Below are positions 23,127-38,129 of a DNA stretch of 64,000 nt, piece after piece. The stretch is from Octopus sinensis (lineage: Eukaryota): assembly GCF_006345805.1 (NCBI RefSeq), contig NC_042999.1, positions 134,912,001 to 134,976,000 on the forward strand, given 5' to 3'. The notes below the pieces were generated by a model. The model saw nothing but the letters and a program-made list of their open reading frames with translations, was not told the DNA's origin and made no database searches. Position 1 is the stretch's first letter, and each line of letters begins with the position of its first letter. Position numbers and translations under genes: made by a program.

Positions 23127-26100
23127 ATTTCACACAAAATTACCGTTAATAATACCGTCACTTTCACATCCAACATTTGCTGTTAATATCAGAAATGTTG
23201 TTAGTCTTATTTATACGAAACCTATCGTCTATTATTTAAATTAGTTGTTGTGTTTTTGTACTAAGTAACCAACAACAAATACATTAGTTTAGCTGTGCTA
23301 AACTGCCTTATAATCACCATAACCCCAAAATGATATATTATTTAATATTTATGTCAAGTTGTCACCACATCCGGTTTTGAGTGAGGTTAATGACTACATT
23401 ACACATACACACATACTTTGTATGTGTCTATATATACATGTATGTATACACATACACATCCATCCATCCATCCATCCATCCATCCATCCATGCATACATA
23501 CATACATACATACATACATACATACATACATACATACATACATACATACTTGCATATACATATGCATACTCACATGTGGTACATATTTATCTATTCATTC
23601 TCCTTGATGTCGACGATGATCATAGTTTATTTCTAAACTGTCGTTATTTTTATGACGAAATGCTGTGATCTGTAACAGAAGATCATTGATGCTGATCTTC
23701 GAAAATTATATTAACATTACATTCATACATATTTCACCCATTTTTCGTTCTGACGATGTAGCTCCATATCTTTAAAATCCATCCATTTCTTTGAGAAAGG
23801 CATTAAAGATGCATCTTCATATTTACCAATGATATCACACCACCACCACCGCAGAAATATTTGGGCATCAGGCCTCTTTTTCACTGACAATAAGAGCTAT
23901 ATATTTTAAACTATATAACTTTATGTTACGAACGATGATAATTGTACTTGTTATAAACAATATCCCTTTGTTGTAAATGTCATATGTGATTATTGTTAAA
24001 TAATAAATTATTTATTTCACGAATTATTTGCCTTATTGTTTATACTTACTTCACCGAATCTCATAAAGCAGACTTTGCGCCGATATAAAAAAAATGTTAT
24101 TGTTATCGTGTAAGAGAAGTTACTGTATAGTTTAACGTTCTTAATAGTTTACGACGTGGTTATTTCGCCTAGAAAGCTTTATTTAATCCCAGATCAGTCT
24201 TGATCAAACTGATTAGGGATTAAACAATAACAAGCACTGTATATTACTAATTGAATCATCACATAAAAGACTTGATGTGCAACAAATTCCGAATAGATGT
24301 TAAAAGGTTCAGGCAACCAGCTCAGTAACAAAAGTGATTGAAATGATTGTATGAGTAACTCGGGGGTGCATACTAGTCTCACTCGGGTATGCATCTGCCT
24401 AGAAAGCGCAACACAACAGACAACAATTGATTTTTACATCATGTCCACAGGAAAAGAAACACATTATAAGCTTCTATTCATTCAGAATTCCTTAATTATG
24501 GAAGAGAGTGATTCTGAAATCTAAATATTCATTATTATATTTTAAAAAACGGTATAGACGTACGATATTAATAAAAAAAATCTATTGTTTTTACTGGGGT
24601 TTTTGGGGATTTTGGGGGGTTTTTTTGTAATAGCAGTTAGTACTCAGGAAACATTTTCATAAGACAGAGAAGGAAAATCATCATTTCAAATGCAATAGTA
24701 TTATTCTGATCTAAAATCGTTAAAACAATGATTTTAAAACGTACTTCTTTTAGATATATCCACCATAAATTAAACTTCCCTGGTCTTTATATTTTGGAAA
24801 TTTGGACATGGTTTGGAAATATGGATATGGCCAGTATCCAAATTTGGATATGGTTAATGCTCGATTTGAGGAAAAAGTGAATTGTGAATACTGAGTACTT
24901 AACGCAAGGTCTGGCAATATCTAAAGTGACTTTCAACTGATTTATAAAGATTCACTCGCAAAAGGTTTCTTCTCCCCATTTCTTCTGTACCTTCTGCTCT
25001 TTTGAACTAGCAAGCTACATACAATGTACCTCTGAAATAAACTAATATACTCGCCTTTCCATCTCTCAACATTCTTATTTCTTTCCACTCACCTCCCAAA
25101 ACTCTGCATGTGGCACATTTTGCTATAACTTTTCTCGCAAACAGCATCCTTCGGATTTCACTCACTATCTACGTTTTTCCTATTGGCCTCAACGTTATAA
25201 CATATCATTATGGGAAGGCCTGCAAAATCCAGGAGGCTAACTCACATCCTCAGTAAACGTGTTTTTAATGCGCAGTAGGGATGAGTTTAAATGGAAAATA
25301 TATGCTGTAAGTTCAAAGTAGAAGACGTCTTTGTAGTAGCAACAGAAGAGACATAAAACGCACAAGTCATCGATGTAGGCTATTCCCCATGGACGAGTGA
25401 GAATGTGAGTTGTTGTAGTAACAAAAAAAAAGTGTAGATGCATCGTACACTTATTGAATACATATATCATAGTTTTGGAACGGTCTCGTGTTTACAGATG
25501 TAGGTTCGAGTTCCACAGACAGCCGTTGATTATTTCTATTTCCAGGCTTTTTTAACCCAATATTTACAGGCTATTATTTATAGCTTTATTTCGAGATTCA
25601 CCGTTCCAAAAACAATTATTTCACGTTCTCGTGAAATAGTTATATATGTGTGTGTATGTGTGTACATTACACACACATATATACATACATACGTACATAC
25701 ATACATACATACATACATACATACATACATACATACATACATACATACATACATACATACATACGTACATACATACATACGTAAATACATACATACATAC
25801 AACTAATAAGCACTACAAGACTGTCATGTAATACAACAAACTACAATTCTTACACGTTTTCAAGAAGAGCATCCTTAACAACCCCAGAATATGAAAACTT
25901 GGTCCCATCATCTCAGTTTTAAAGCTTAACAAAAAACTTAACAAGAACAAGAGTCGTATCATACAGATACATCACCGTCTATGAACAATCTCAACTATTC
26001 GGGCTAACATACCTGTACTCAACACCTCCTTAACTTTTCAGCATTTAAGCAGCCAATATCTGCCTAAACTTTTTATGTGACTTATGTTCAAATCGGCCAG

Positions 26101-26311
26101 ATATGGGCTCTCACAGCTACCCTACAATGTCATTTTTAAAATAAACAGTCACATCATCAAAATCTCGAAGATACGAGATAATGCATGATTAATTCAAAAG
26201 TTATGTGAATAAATATGCATTGCACTTGGCAAAATGATCTGAATGCTAAATGGTTAAGAAACAACACAAAGTGTTCTATATTTAAGAGTTGAGAAATTAT
26301 ATACATTATTT

Positions 26312-27540
26312 ACATTATTTACAATTGACTGATATTTGTCCTCATCTTTGTTGTTAACACAACGTTTCAGCTGATATACCCTCTAGCCTTCATCAGGTGT
26401 CTAGGGGAAATTTCGACCTGGGTTCCAGCAGGCAAGGGAAATGCTACAAGTGGTGATGAACAAGTCTGACTACTCGAAAAAACTAGCAAGTCTTATAAGT
26501 GATGGTAGCTACAGCAAAGTAAAGAAAGACCCTACTTTGAAAACAGAGAGCAAGTTGTCACAGATCTTGATCAAGAACAAGGATCACTTTGCACCAATGA
26601 AGTACAGACAGCTGACTCAACACTACTGCAAACTACCACACATGTACGGTCTTCCTAAGATTCACGAGGATGGTATTCCATTAAGAGCTATAGTGAGCTG
26701 TAGAGGTTCAGCATGTCATCCACTGAGCTGCTTCCTTGTGGATATAATCAGTCCATTAGCAGGAAAGTCAACATCGTATGTGAAGAATTCCACCCACTTC
26801 ATAGAATTGATCAAAGATACCCCCACTGAATCCAACCAGATGGTGAGTCTAGTCTGTTCACCAAAGTCTCAACTGGTGAGGCACTATCGGTGATTCAAGA
26901 AAAACTAGTGACAGACACCCATCTAAAAGAACGTACTAGTATACCAATAAGAAATTTGATGGAAATGTTGACCTTCTGTATAGAAACTACCTACTTCAGT
27001 ATGGACACTGATATATATCGACAAAAAGTGGGTTTAGCTATGGGTTCACCATTATCACCAATAATAGCCAATATATACATGGAATACATTGAGAATTTGG
27101 CTTTAGGATCAACACCACTAAAACCAACCCTATGGCCGCGATACGTTGATGACACCTTTATACTCTGGCTCCACTAGGAAGATGTCCAAGTGCTGTTAGA
27201 TCATGTGAACTCAGTAAAGCCATCCATACAGTTTACAATGGAAAAAGAAAAAAACAATCAACTAGCATTCTTGGACGTATTAATAACACGCACCAAGGAT
27301 GGATTCAGGTCATCCGTATACCGCAAACCGACCTTCACTGAACGATACCTCAACTTCATAACTCCCATCACCACCAACAACAACAACATCGAAAAAATGA
27401 GAACCTTAGAAATGAGAACCCAGGTTCGAAATTTCCCCAAGACACCTGATAAAGGCTAGATGGTATATCAGCTGAAACGCTGAGGCCAGCTGAAACGTTA
27501 AGGACAAAATAAGGACAAATATCCGTCAATTGTAAATAAT
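26312..27540 (+). mobile_element. Penelope-like RT fragment with inverted terminal repeats (duplicate copy)
   Basis: Paralogue of 9470-10665; retains 29 nt that are deleted in copy 1. Confidence 0.85.
26356..26401 (-). ncRNA. Minimal hammerhead ribozyme motif (duplicate copy)
   Basis: Identical to 9514-9559. Confidence 0.65.
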
Positions 27541-28104
27541 GAGTACAAAGCGTTGCTTAATTAACTACATCCTATGTCATCTAATTTGTGTAGTATAATC
27601 TGTGCAGTATACAAGGACCTAACTACCGGAACGTGCGATTTCTCGAATTTGGTACAAAAGGGAGCCCCCACTTGCTTTTGTTTAACTTATCTCTAGACAA
27701 TCTCTCACAACCTTATATGAAGATAAGATTACACTCACATTCTCCCATCATTCTTTAATAACAGTTGCGTAATTACTTCAAACTTTCATCAATTACCTAG
27801 ATAGCTGGTTGCAAAAAACTGTAGACCAACCAAACTCATTACCTTCCCGACCTGCAACACCCGAGGACATTAAATACAACCAATCATCACATTCGAAAAC
27901 ATAACTAAAACACTGAAAACAAATATACTAGTATCTATCAATCTCTATCTCTCTCTCTTCATATATATACAAGCTTGCTTCCCTACACATGGTTCTGGGT
28001 TCAGTCCCATTGCGTAGCAACTTAGGCAAGTGTGTTCTACTGTAGACTCAGGCCGACCAAAGCCTTGCGAGTGGATTTGGTAGATGGAAACAGAAAGACG
28101 CCCG

Positions 28105-28180
<76 letters not shown>

Positions 28181-28925
28181 GCGTGTTTGTGTGTTGAAGC
28201 AAATAGGAGAAAAAGAACGCTTAGTAAGAGCATATATATTTTTTAATCGGTTGTAAAGTTACATAAGTGGCTCAAGATCTGTGAGTTTGTCATACAAGAG
28301 ACTCTCGGCTCATTTTAAGTTAACCCTGTAACCTGTCCTTCTGGAGTTTCCCCACATGTGATCGATTTTTCTCAAACAAAGTTAAACTAAACTGAATAAA
28401 GGATAAAGATATCTCGTTGTGACAGAGGAAACATGATAATATGCGATTAGCTGAACATACAAATCGGCTTTTGGCCAAGGTCAACAGAAAAGAACACCAG
28501 GGTGAAGGAGAAGGGTGAGCAAAAACATACAGAGACACAGATACGTACCTTAAGTCTGGGTATGTAGAAGAAGGAAAAGAGAAAGAGAAAGATAAAAGGA
28601 GATGTTCTCTTTCACATACACATATACAAAAATAAATACAAATAAAACAGCTAGGCACAACTGGTAGATGTGGGAAGAGAGGAGAAAATGAGGGAAATTA
28701 GGGAAAGAGTAAGCATACGATAAAACCAGTCATTGTACGCCCACTTCTCCATATTCTTTCCTCTCCTCATACCAGTACATCCATCAACCACTTGCGAGTA
28801 GCCGCTCTGTCTATATATATTTTTGTGTGTACGTACTTGTGTGTGCATATTCTTTCAGGACCGACCTAAAAGGCGCGCATATATGTATGTATATATGTAT
28901 GTATGCATGCTTGCATGTGTTCATG

Positions 28926-28959
<34 letters not shown>

Positions 28960-29040
28960 TGTATGTATGGATGGATGGATGTATGTATGTATGTATGTAT
29001 GGATGGATGGATGTATGTATGTACGTATGTATGTATGTAA

Positions 29041-30106
29041 ATTTCACTCTCCTCCAGTATAGCTTTGACCTCGTCTACAGAATTCATATTTTCCGTCCAA
29101 ATGATTTTGAAAACTGCAGAATAAATGATAATCAGATGGGGCAATGTCCGGCGAATATGGTGGGTGGGGCATCGTTTCCCATTCAAACTACTCCGGCCTT
29201 TGTAATGTCATCCTCGCTGTAAATGGCTGAGCATTACCCTGATGGAAGAACACTTTTTGTCATGAAACCAAAGACAGTCGTTTTGCTTCTAGCGCTGACG
29301 TAAGCCGCTGAAGCTGCTCGCAGTAGATCTCTTTGTTATTGTTTGGTTTGGGTTTAAAACCTTTCATATCCCACCAAACAGATAACAATACCTTACGTGG
29401 GTGAAGACCTTCTTTAGCCTGGGCTGCCAGTGTTCCTCCTTCCCTTACTTTCTGTCTTCAGTGCTTGACATTTTTATAGAGAACCATTTCTCGTCACCAG
29501 TAACTATTCGGTCCCAAAAATGGTTCATTCGTGAGACGTGGCAGTAAAGAAGAGCACACATTTACTCTGCGCACGATTAGACGTGGAAGGTTTGTGAGGA
29601 GCCAATTGAACCCAATTTGCTGACTTTTCTGATGGCACGCAGGTATCGATAATGGCTGAATGACCAAATCCAAGCTTTTCTGCTAGTTCCTCAGCATTTA
29701 TGATAGGATTTTGTTCCACCAGGTTTTTCAGGACGTCCTCGTCGAGCTCTACAGATCTTCCAGGACGAGGCTCGTCTACTAGGCTGTAGTTTCCGGCTCG
29801 GAATTTCTGGAACCACCGTTGACACTAGCTTACGCTTATGTCCGATCGCCATATGCTGCATTAATATTCCTTGCGTTGTTGCCTTTATTGAACTTTATAA
29901 AGCAAAATATGCTGAATATGCTCCTTTCTCACTTCCATCGTATCTTTGAATAAATAACTGTTAAAAATCGAACTGCACTCTACAAAACCTGCTCTATGAA
30001 TGAGCACCTGCCTTTATAGCAAGTTGATGCAGGTTATTTATCCCGTCCCCCTCCGACTTTTAGTTCATGTAATTAAAAACTGCATTATCTATGGGATGAC
30101 CCAATA
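29041..30106 (-). mobile_element. Mariner (Mos1/DD34D-type) element, 3'-truncated and degenerate
   Basis: TA plus TIR TTGGGTCATCCCATA at 30106-30090; ATG at 29938 (MEVRKEHIQHILLY); QRWFQKFRAGNYSLVDEPRPGRS, TGDEKW, HPPYSPDIAPSDYHLF. Runs into a (TATG)n tract at ~29040. Confidence 0.88.
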
Positions 30107-30165
30107 TTCAATGCCCCACATGAAATAATCTTACTTAATTGAAACTGCTTTTTTACTTGTTTATG

Positions 30166-30207
<42 letters not shown>

Positions 30208-30542
30208 CAAAAAGAAAATAATGTTATAATTGGTCAGGTTAAAAAAAATGGATTCTGAAATTTGGAGACATGAAGAGAATGTAATTTCTTCCAAAATATA
30301 TGTATATTATTTGAAAAACTTTATGATTTCTTTGAAAGCAACCAGAATATTAATAAAAAAAAATGTGCGAATATTTCTATTCCTATTCGAACACCTGAGA
30401 TGTAAGGCTTATAGACACTTTGTGATAAAAACAGTTATAGAGTAAAACAATGTAGACATTTGCATAAAATTCCTGTTGTGATTGCACTCCCTGAGCACAT
30501 ATGTAAAAATTAAATTAGTATTTTATAAAAATTCTATAAAAA

Positions 30543-31522
30543 TCATGCGACAATATTTTTCAGACAATACCACCTAGCTTCAGTAGTCCACACACTTGTC
30601 TTTCTTTTCGATCATTTGCACTGTTCGTTCATTCTACCGACAAACACGTTCGTTATAACATCTCTTGGTTTCTATCAGTCTTCTTTTGGCTCCTAAAATT
30701 GTTTCCATAATTCTGCCTCACTTGTCATTTGTGGTCCGTCATACATAAGCTGTGACAACATTTGCCATATATTTTCAATTATGTTCAAGTCTGGACTTCA
30801 CGCTGGCCATTCCAGTAGACTTATTTTCATGTCTTGCATGCATTCTGTGACTGTTTTTGACACATGAATGCTGCAGTTATCCTGTTGGGGTATAAAATCA
30901 TCTCCCATTTCTTCTCTAATACGGGACAAGGCTCTCGTTTGCAACAAATGAGTATAACTCATGCTGTTCAACCTTCTCTTCAGCCACTCTAACCAAAAAT
31001 AATCAGGAAAGGCCAGCACACGAGACACAATCGTCTTCACTCGCCTATGAGCTCTCTTCCCAAGCGACTTTTTCCTCCATCTTTTCATCTTATTCCGGTT
31101 ATAGTCATTCTTTGGCATATGTTCTACTGTAGACTTCGAAATCTCCAAATTAACAGCTATTTTTTCCAGTTTCAGGTCATCTCTCTTTCTTCGAACTGAA
31201 GAATTTATTTCCTCTGAATGCATTTTCATCCGAAAAAAAATGTTTTGTCGACTAAAGAAAGGTTTTTGAAGGTTAATACTTATTGGATTAATGCATGCTG
31301 CCTTTGCACTAGAAAATTTGCATATAAAATTTTGAAGCATTCTGTTACGTCGTAAAAATAACGACGCGTAATTTATATCAAAATATATTTTTAAAAATGA
31401 TCGCAGTAAAGAAAAGACTGAAACAAGCATCTTACTTTCAGTCAATTTAAAGTAGCTCCACGAAATAAACTTTCTAGAAATACAACTTCTCAGGGGTCTG
31501 AAAAAGTTTGTCAACCCCTGTA
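30543..31522 (-). mobile_element. Internally deleted Tc1-like element
   Basis: TA|CAGGGGTTGACAAACTTTTTCAGAC at 31522-31496 and a degenerate counterpart GACAATATTTTTCAGAC near 30549; DDE motifs FIPQQDNCSIH...LLEWPA*SPDLNIIENIW. Confidence 0.75.
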
Positions 31523-32199
31523 TTCCCAAAGATTTACTTTCTTTTAGATGCTGAGAGTTCCATTCTAGACCGGGATGGAGGCTTTAACTTCTTCCCACAT
31601 CAACAGCAGCAAAATAACAAAATCTTGTTAAGGAAAATGATTAAAAGTAATTGATTAAAGGTAATTGAAATAAATCGAGAAAGTATGGATGTACAGAAGG
31701 CGGTCTCAAAAAAACGAAAATTACGAAGAGAATGTTTTTCCTTGTTGTAAGTAGGAAAACATCTAACATGATTTGTTGGCGATTTACAGATAAAGTACAT
31801 GAAATAAATAAAGAATTAGTTTTAAATTCATACTTAAAGGAAAATACTATTTCTTAGTGTGGGTGATGACAGCAAGAGACATCTTACAGTGTTGTCGGAT
31901 GACAACAATAAACAGGTTTCTACATATAGAAAATGAATGCGAATAATTTTTAGCGGGCCGGAAATGAGTTTGAAGGGTTCGTTCGTCAAACAACGTAACT
32001 CCTCTGAACTAAGGACAAGTTAAACTTTGTTGACCTCTTGTTGAAGAAAACTAGCTTTGTTTAACTTTCAAAAGCGTTTCAGACAATTTAACGCCCTCAT
32101 TCGCGAACTCTAAGTATTTTGATAACTCAGTGACCAAGCTGGTCTCCCGATAAAACCAGCTGACAAAAGTTGTGCTGCTGTTGTTTGGCAGACTAACCT

Positions 32200-32870
32200 C
32201 TGCAGTGTGAAAGCTTTCTGATAGATCAACAATACTAACAACTACCGAAAGCTATCTAGGGATATTACACTCTAGAACCAAAAAAATTTATTTTGTACCA
32301 TTAAGCACTTACATCTTCCTATTCATTCCTTTCACTACAACCAACCTTACCATAAACACACCTCGAACCTCCACTATCTATTTTGTTCCCAAACTACATT
32401 CACCCAACATCCCGTAATATCAACGTAATATTTCCTCCTGTAAGTACCCCAACGAAATCCTATCCAGTTACTCTTGTTTCATCCCTTCACAGTCATGCCC
32501 CACCAATTTATAGTTACAAACCAAACTCATAACCTTCCCAACTCCTTCTCTTTCCCTCCTAAACGTTCTCAATTTCTATTCACCCTCGACATGAAATCCC
32601 TCTACACTGTCATATTCCACAACGATGGAGTCTTAACTCGTCGAAATTGTTTTCAATCTCTGCTTTTCACTTGAACCTAACAGCAATACCATTCTCTATC
32701 TAACCTAATGTGGCCTTCACTTGAATAACTGTTTTTCCTTCTGTAGTGAGCTCTACCAGTAAGCCACCGGTATGTCCATACACGCCAAGGTGACTCCTAG
32801 TTACACCAACTTCTTTGTGGGCTATACTGAGGCTCAGATCTTCCCCCATTTCAGGATTTTTATACGCTCA
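32200..32870 (+). mobile_element. Highly degenerate Penelope-like RT remnant
   Basis: Frame-broken PKLHSPNIP, LFTLDMKSLYTVIFHNDG and TPSYTNFFVGYTE, matching PLE RT motifs PKIHKP..P, D..SLYT.IPH and PSYANLF.G. Confidence 0.55.
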
Positions 32871-33229
32871 TTATATTTTCGATTGTAATGGCAACTAGTT
32901 AATCTAAGGATTAACTACTTGCCTTCAGTTTTAAAATCACCAAATTTATCCTGCTATGAAAAATACGTCTACAATCTCCAACACTTCAGTCACTTTGCTA
33001 CACAGCTTACCCATTCCTCAGTGAACTCTATGTTTGTTGACTCGCAGTTTAAATCCCAATCCCACAAATGTCACCACAAATCCTAACTAGTCCCAGCCTT
33101 AGCGCATGCCATAGACCTCGATCATGGCTGGCCTAGACCTACAGAATAAAAACTACAATCCTTATTTATTAAACATACCTATTTTCCTCAATATAATGAT
33201 CCCAGTAAACTAAAGGATCAGTATATTCA

Positions 33230-33728
33230 TTATACAGCTATGGTACGACCACACTTGGAATTCGCATCATCAGTTTGGAACCCCTATCTTGCTCAGAACA
33301 TTGACCTCCTGGAATCTGTCCAGAGACGTGCAACCAAACGCATACCCTCCATCAGACACCTACCATACTCTGAGCGCCTTGTTTCCCTGGGCATGGATTC
33401 ACTGAAGCTCCGGCGTCTGGCGACGGACTTGGTAAACACCCACAAAGTTATCAACCACCTCACCAACAACAACACTGAACACCTTTTTGATCTCCATGTG
33501 TCTAACACACGTGGACATGCCTACAGAGTCAGAAAACAACACAGTTCCTATGACTTTCGGAAACATTTTTCACGCTCAGAGTTGCTGAAGCATGGAATAA
33601 ACTGCCGGCGTTAGTTGTTGACTGCCATGACACTGCATCCTTTAAGGCCCTCATGCTTTCCGAAATCCGCCGAAACTACACCTGATTATATATACACTTT
33701 GTTGTAGTGCACCTGAGCACTGTACACA

Positions 33729-33808
<80 letters not shown>
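33230..33808 (+). mobile_element. CR1-clade LINE 3' end with (ATT)n tail
   Basis: MVRPHLEFASSVWNPYL...LESVQRRATK...TRGH; 3' hairpin GTGCACCTGAGCAC followed by long (ATT)n. Confidence 0.9.
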
Positions 33809-33809
<1 letters not shown>

Positions 33810-33860
33810 GCAAATTGACAAATACAGAAATTACAGATATATAATAAATCATTTTGATGA

Positions 33861-34024
33861 CAATGTGTGCACAATAGAAAAAAATTAAGTTAATACACCA
33901 TACCCAACACAATGCAGCACAAAAGAAAAAAATTAAGTTAATGCACCATACCCAACACAATGCAGCACAAAAGAAAAAAATAAAGTTAATACACCATACC
34001 CAACACAATGCAACACAAAAGAAG
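33861..34024 (+). repeat. 48-bp tandem repeat, ~3.3 units
   Basis: AATGCAGCACAAAAGAAAAAAATTAAGTTAATRCACCATACCCAACAC units starting at 33911, 33959 and 34007, plus a degenerate first unit. Confidence 0.9.
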
Positions 34025-34035
34025 CAAAAATGGAC

Positions 34036-34290
34036 CAGACAAATATATAATAAGGCGTGAGAAAAAAGAAAATAGAAGTCTTAAATCAACAGTTGACTTG
34101 TGGGATATTTCATATTTCTTTTTGTTGATAAATGAATGGTATAAAAAGAAAGAACTGAGTGTTGCATTCTTGTTTTTTTCCCTTCGACATGTTCACGTGT
34201 TTCACAATCTATAAAGGAAAGGGTATTTAAAATTTAACAATAAAATATTTACCGAATACATAAATAAATAAAATAAATAAATAAATAAGT
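34036..34290 (+). repeat. Recurrent motif module, copy B
   Basis: CAGAC, GGCGTGAGAAAAAA 34054, TCAACAGTTGAC, ATATTTCATATTTCTTTTTGTTGAT, GAACTGAGTGTT, TTCACGTGTTTC 34192. Confidence 0.6.
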
Positions 34291-34412
34291 AGGTTTGCAA
34301 ACATAGTTATGAGGTTAAAACGTTCGTTCCTCAACAACATGGTTTCGGATCTGAGCAATACTTGAGCCATACTTTACGAGAGAAATTTTACTGCAGTTAC
34401 TCTCCAGAATAC

Positions 34413-34535
34413 ACGTGCAGTAGCATAGCTGAAGCGAAGCACGGGGGCAATCCGCTTTAGACGACGTTTTAAGGGGGTGCAGCAAACTCAAGACCTACCC
34501 CGGGTGGCACACACTCTAGCTACACTACTGCACGT
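34413..34535. mobile_element. Short MITE-like element
   Basis: Terminal inverted repeats ACGTGCAGTAGCATAGCT and AGCTACACTACTGCACGT; TSD not clear. Confidence 0.45.
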
Positions 34536-34740
34536 ATGTATGTATATGTGTACGCATGTGTATGAATGTATGCATGAGTGTGTGTGTGTTAATATGGCCG
34601 TGTATGTGTGAGTCAACTAGAGGCTGTAGAAAATGCTATTTGTTCAAGATGCCACGCGCTACAATAGAACCTTGGACCTCATAGCGTCGAAGCGAGCCTC
34701 ATAAACATGTAACCATATTGCACTTCACACACACACACAC

Positions 34741-34841
<101 letters not shown>

Positions 34842-35143
34842 TGTTTCTTTATTAGCCACACAAGGCTGCACACATACGGGACAAATTACAAGGTAGAGCT
34901 TTTCTTTTTAGGGATAAAAAAGGGAGTTTGGTTTTCAATCAAAAGGGATCGTAAAAGGAAATAAAGAGGAAAGCAAAAACAGGGGGTGGGGATAAAAATA
35001 AAAGGAAAAAGAAAAAATCGATCAATAGGGATCGTTATCACAGAAATGTTAATATAAAGTGTAAAGGGGAGGACAGGTGAGGTTTACCCGTGGAAAGAAA
35101 AGCCTACGGAAAAGACCACGGTAACCTCGGTCAATGAAATCAC

Positions 35144-35222
<79 letters not shown>

Positions 35223-35256
35223 GGATATATTCCATTGCAATCACATGAGATCTCAT

Positions 35257-35953
35257 TTAATTAATTTTTTTAACTAAACAGTTTGAATCTTCGAATACTG
35301 GTAGAATTTCTCACGTAGAACACGATTTACTCTGAATGTTTTTGACAAAATTCCTATTTTAGAAGTTATTTCGTGTTAAAGTTGTCGTATTTGGGTAATT
35401 TTAACCAATCAACGTGTATTCGGTTGAAGAAAGCTACTGCTGTTTGCAATAGTAATCGAAAAGGAACAACTTCCGGGTCATCTCTACTAAATGTCACTAC
35501 TCTGTTCTATTCGTCACTTTTATCCTTCCTTCCTATCTAGTCAGCACCGTGCATTCCTTACTCTTTCCCACCCCTGGTCGTCACCTTTATCCTTCCTCCC
35601 TTTCTAGTCATTACCGTGCATTCCTTACTCTTTCACTCCTGTATACGCTATCAACTAGCAACCAGCGAGTGAACTTTTACTGCCACTACAATTACCGCAT
35701 TTTCCGGTGTATAAGCAGCTATTTATTATGATAATTTTTTTTAAAACCTAATAAAGACTATTATATTTATTTCTATATTACCCATAGGGGGCTAAACAGA
35801 GAGGGGACAAACAAGGAGAGACAAAGGGATTAAGTCGATTACATCGACCCCAGAAAATTTTGTCGAAAACGTTCAGAGTAAACCGTGTTCTACGTGAGAA
35901 ATTCTACCAGTATTCGAAGTTTCAAACTGTTTAGTTAAAAAATAATTAATTAA
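35257..35953. mobile_element. MITE-like element with ~95-bp inverted arms, carrying an internal SINE fragment
   Basis: 35257-35352 is the reverse complement of 35855-35953; SINE family A fragment at ~35783-35853; two 67-bp direct units at 35511 and 35578. Confidence 0.75.
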
Positions 35954-36561
35954 AAATCTTGTAGTTTTCATAGAAATAATTTCTAGGACGTCAGTTCAAA
36001 GTTTTTTCTTAAATTTCTTCTTTAAAAAAGTAAAACTTAGTTTTTGCCTTTAAAAGCTTCAAAAGAAAAAATTCTGATTATAAATACCCTAGTTCCCGGT
36101 CAACACGTGGAGATATATTTCGTGTGTGTATCTAAATATCTGAGTATTTAAAGAGAACAAATTTGGATAATGCCTCATTGTGCGAATGGATTAAACTGAA
36201 AGGGTCGTGAGAAAGAGAGAGAGGTTTAGAGTGGGAAAGAAACGACAAACTGATGACTTTGTCTATTGTTAGTTTTATGTAACTGTGAAAGCATAGCTGC
36301 TTAACTTATTGTTAGCATTTGATAGTATAATACAGTACATAGAAAATTATGTTGAAATATTTGCGTCATTCTTATTATCTTTTCTTTGTTTCAACCATTG
36401 GACTGCGGCCACGCTAGGGAACTTCCTTGGCAAATTGACCACATAACTTATTTTATGCCTGGTATTTATTCTATAAAATAAGTACCATTTGAGTACTGGG
36501 GGCGATATAATCGACTTCTCCCTTCCCCCGAAACTGCTGGCCTTGCTCCAAGATTTGAAAC

Positions 36562-36599
<38 letters not shown>

Positions 36600-37137
36600 T
36601 ATTATTATTATTATTATTAAGTGAGAGAGCAGTGCATGCCATCAAAGTGACACTGGGGTAAAATATACGAAGCCCAGTGTACCCATCAGGACTACCCGTC
36701 CGATAAGGGTACACTAGGCACATGCATCACAACCATGTGTGCGCAACATGGTGATCTCATATCAAGATAAACAGTGCATGACCTTGCAGGTGGAGCCCAG
36801 TTAGAATTTCTTCTGGTCGAGTAACCCATCCTGCTCAAAAGGTCCCTGAATAAAGGTTGTTTAAGGATGATGAACGAAACACCCATGTTTCCAGAGGTGA
36901 ATTATTCAAACCCCAAAGAATCCCTCAACACATGGCTATGATACTCCCCCACTACTTCTGCTTGTGATCAGAGATGCACATATCGTCAGCCACTAAGGGA
37001 CATGCTCAACTGGTTAAGGTCAAACAACTGACAAGCAAATCTGTGGTATTGAGCAGAATATTTGCTGTAGCCCATCTTTTATTCCAAGACAAAACAATGT
37101 ACAAGATCAGAAGCCATGAGAGTCACTGTTATTATTA

Positions 37138-37705
<568 letters not shown>

Positions 37706-37709
37706 ATTA

Positions 37710-38075
37710 TTACCTCCGCCTCCGCTAAGGCGGAGGTATTGTTTTCAGTCGTGTTTGTTTGTCCTTGGACAAGATATCTCAAGACCTGCTGGGTGGATTC
37801 GGATGAAACTTTCAGAGATGTTTGGCCGCAGGACTGGCACGAACTGATTAAATTTGGGGATCGATCCGGTACCAGACAACGATTCTGGATTATTTTTCCG
37901 GTTTTTTTTTTTTTACTTAATTTTTGAGAGTGGTCGGGTTAATTCTTTTAGTTTTCTCATTTGTGAGAGCAGTCGAGTTTATTTTAGATATTCTCATTTT
38001 AAAAATCATCTCTGGCTAATCGTTGAGAGGATGCTGGTGTTGCCTTGGCGGAGGTTTGTGCTCCCTGAGTGCTCT
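37710..38075 (+). mobile_element. Non-autonomous Helentron/DINE-1-like (HINE) element
   Basis: 5' palindrome ACCTCCGCC...GGCGGAGGT, (GTTT)n, 3' subterminal GGCGGAGGT plus short stem-loop GCTCCCTGAGT; second copy inverted at 58215-58580. Confidence 0.55.
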
Positions 38076-38129
38076 TGTTATTGTTATCTTATAACTATTA
38101 CATGCTTTATTAGTTAGCAAAGATATTGT

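Noticed and set aside
30798-31529. 243-aa ORF as a host gene
   Set aside because: It begins within a Tc1 TIR and only its end carries Tc1 DDE motifs; it is a chance open frame through a decayed transposon.
33861-34024. 48-bp repeats and SINE arrays as CRISPR-like arrays
   Set aside because: There are no unique spacers between constant repeats, no cas genes, and the context is eukaryotic.
36205-36300. CGTGAGAAA...CTATTGTT as another copy of the motif module
   Set aside because: It lacks the ATTTCTTTTGG block and the terminal CACGTG, so it is too weak to count.
36620-37110. Complex ~490-bp segment flanked by (ATT)n on both sides, probably an interspersed repeat
   Set aside because: Single copy in the window with no ORF, TIR or Pol III boxes that I can verify, so it cannot be classified without a database search.
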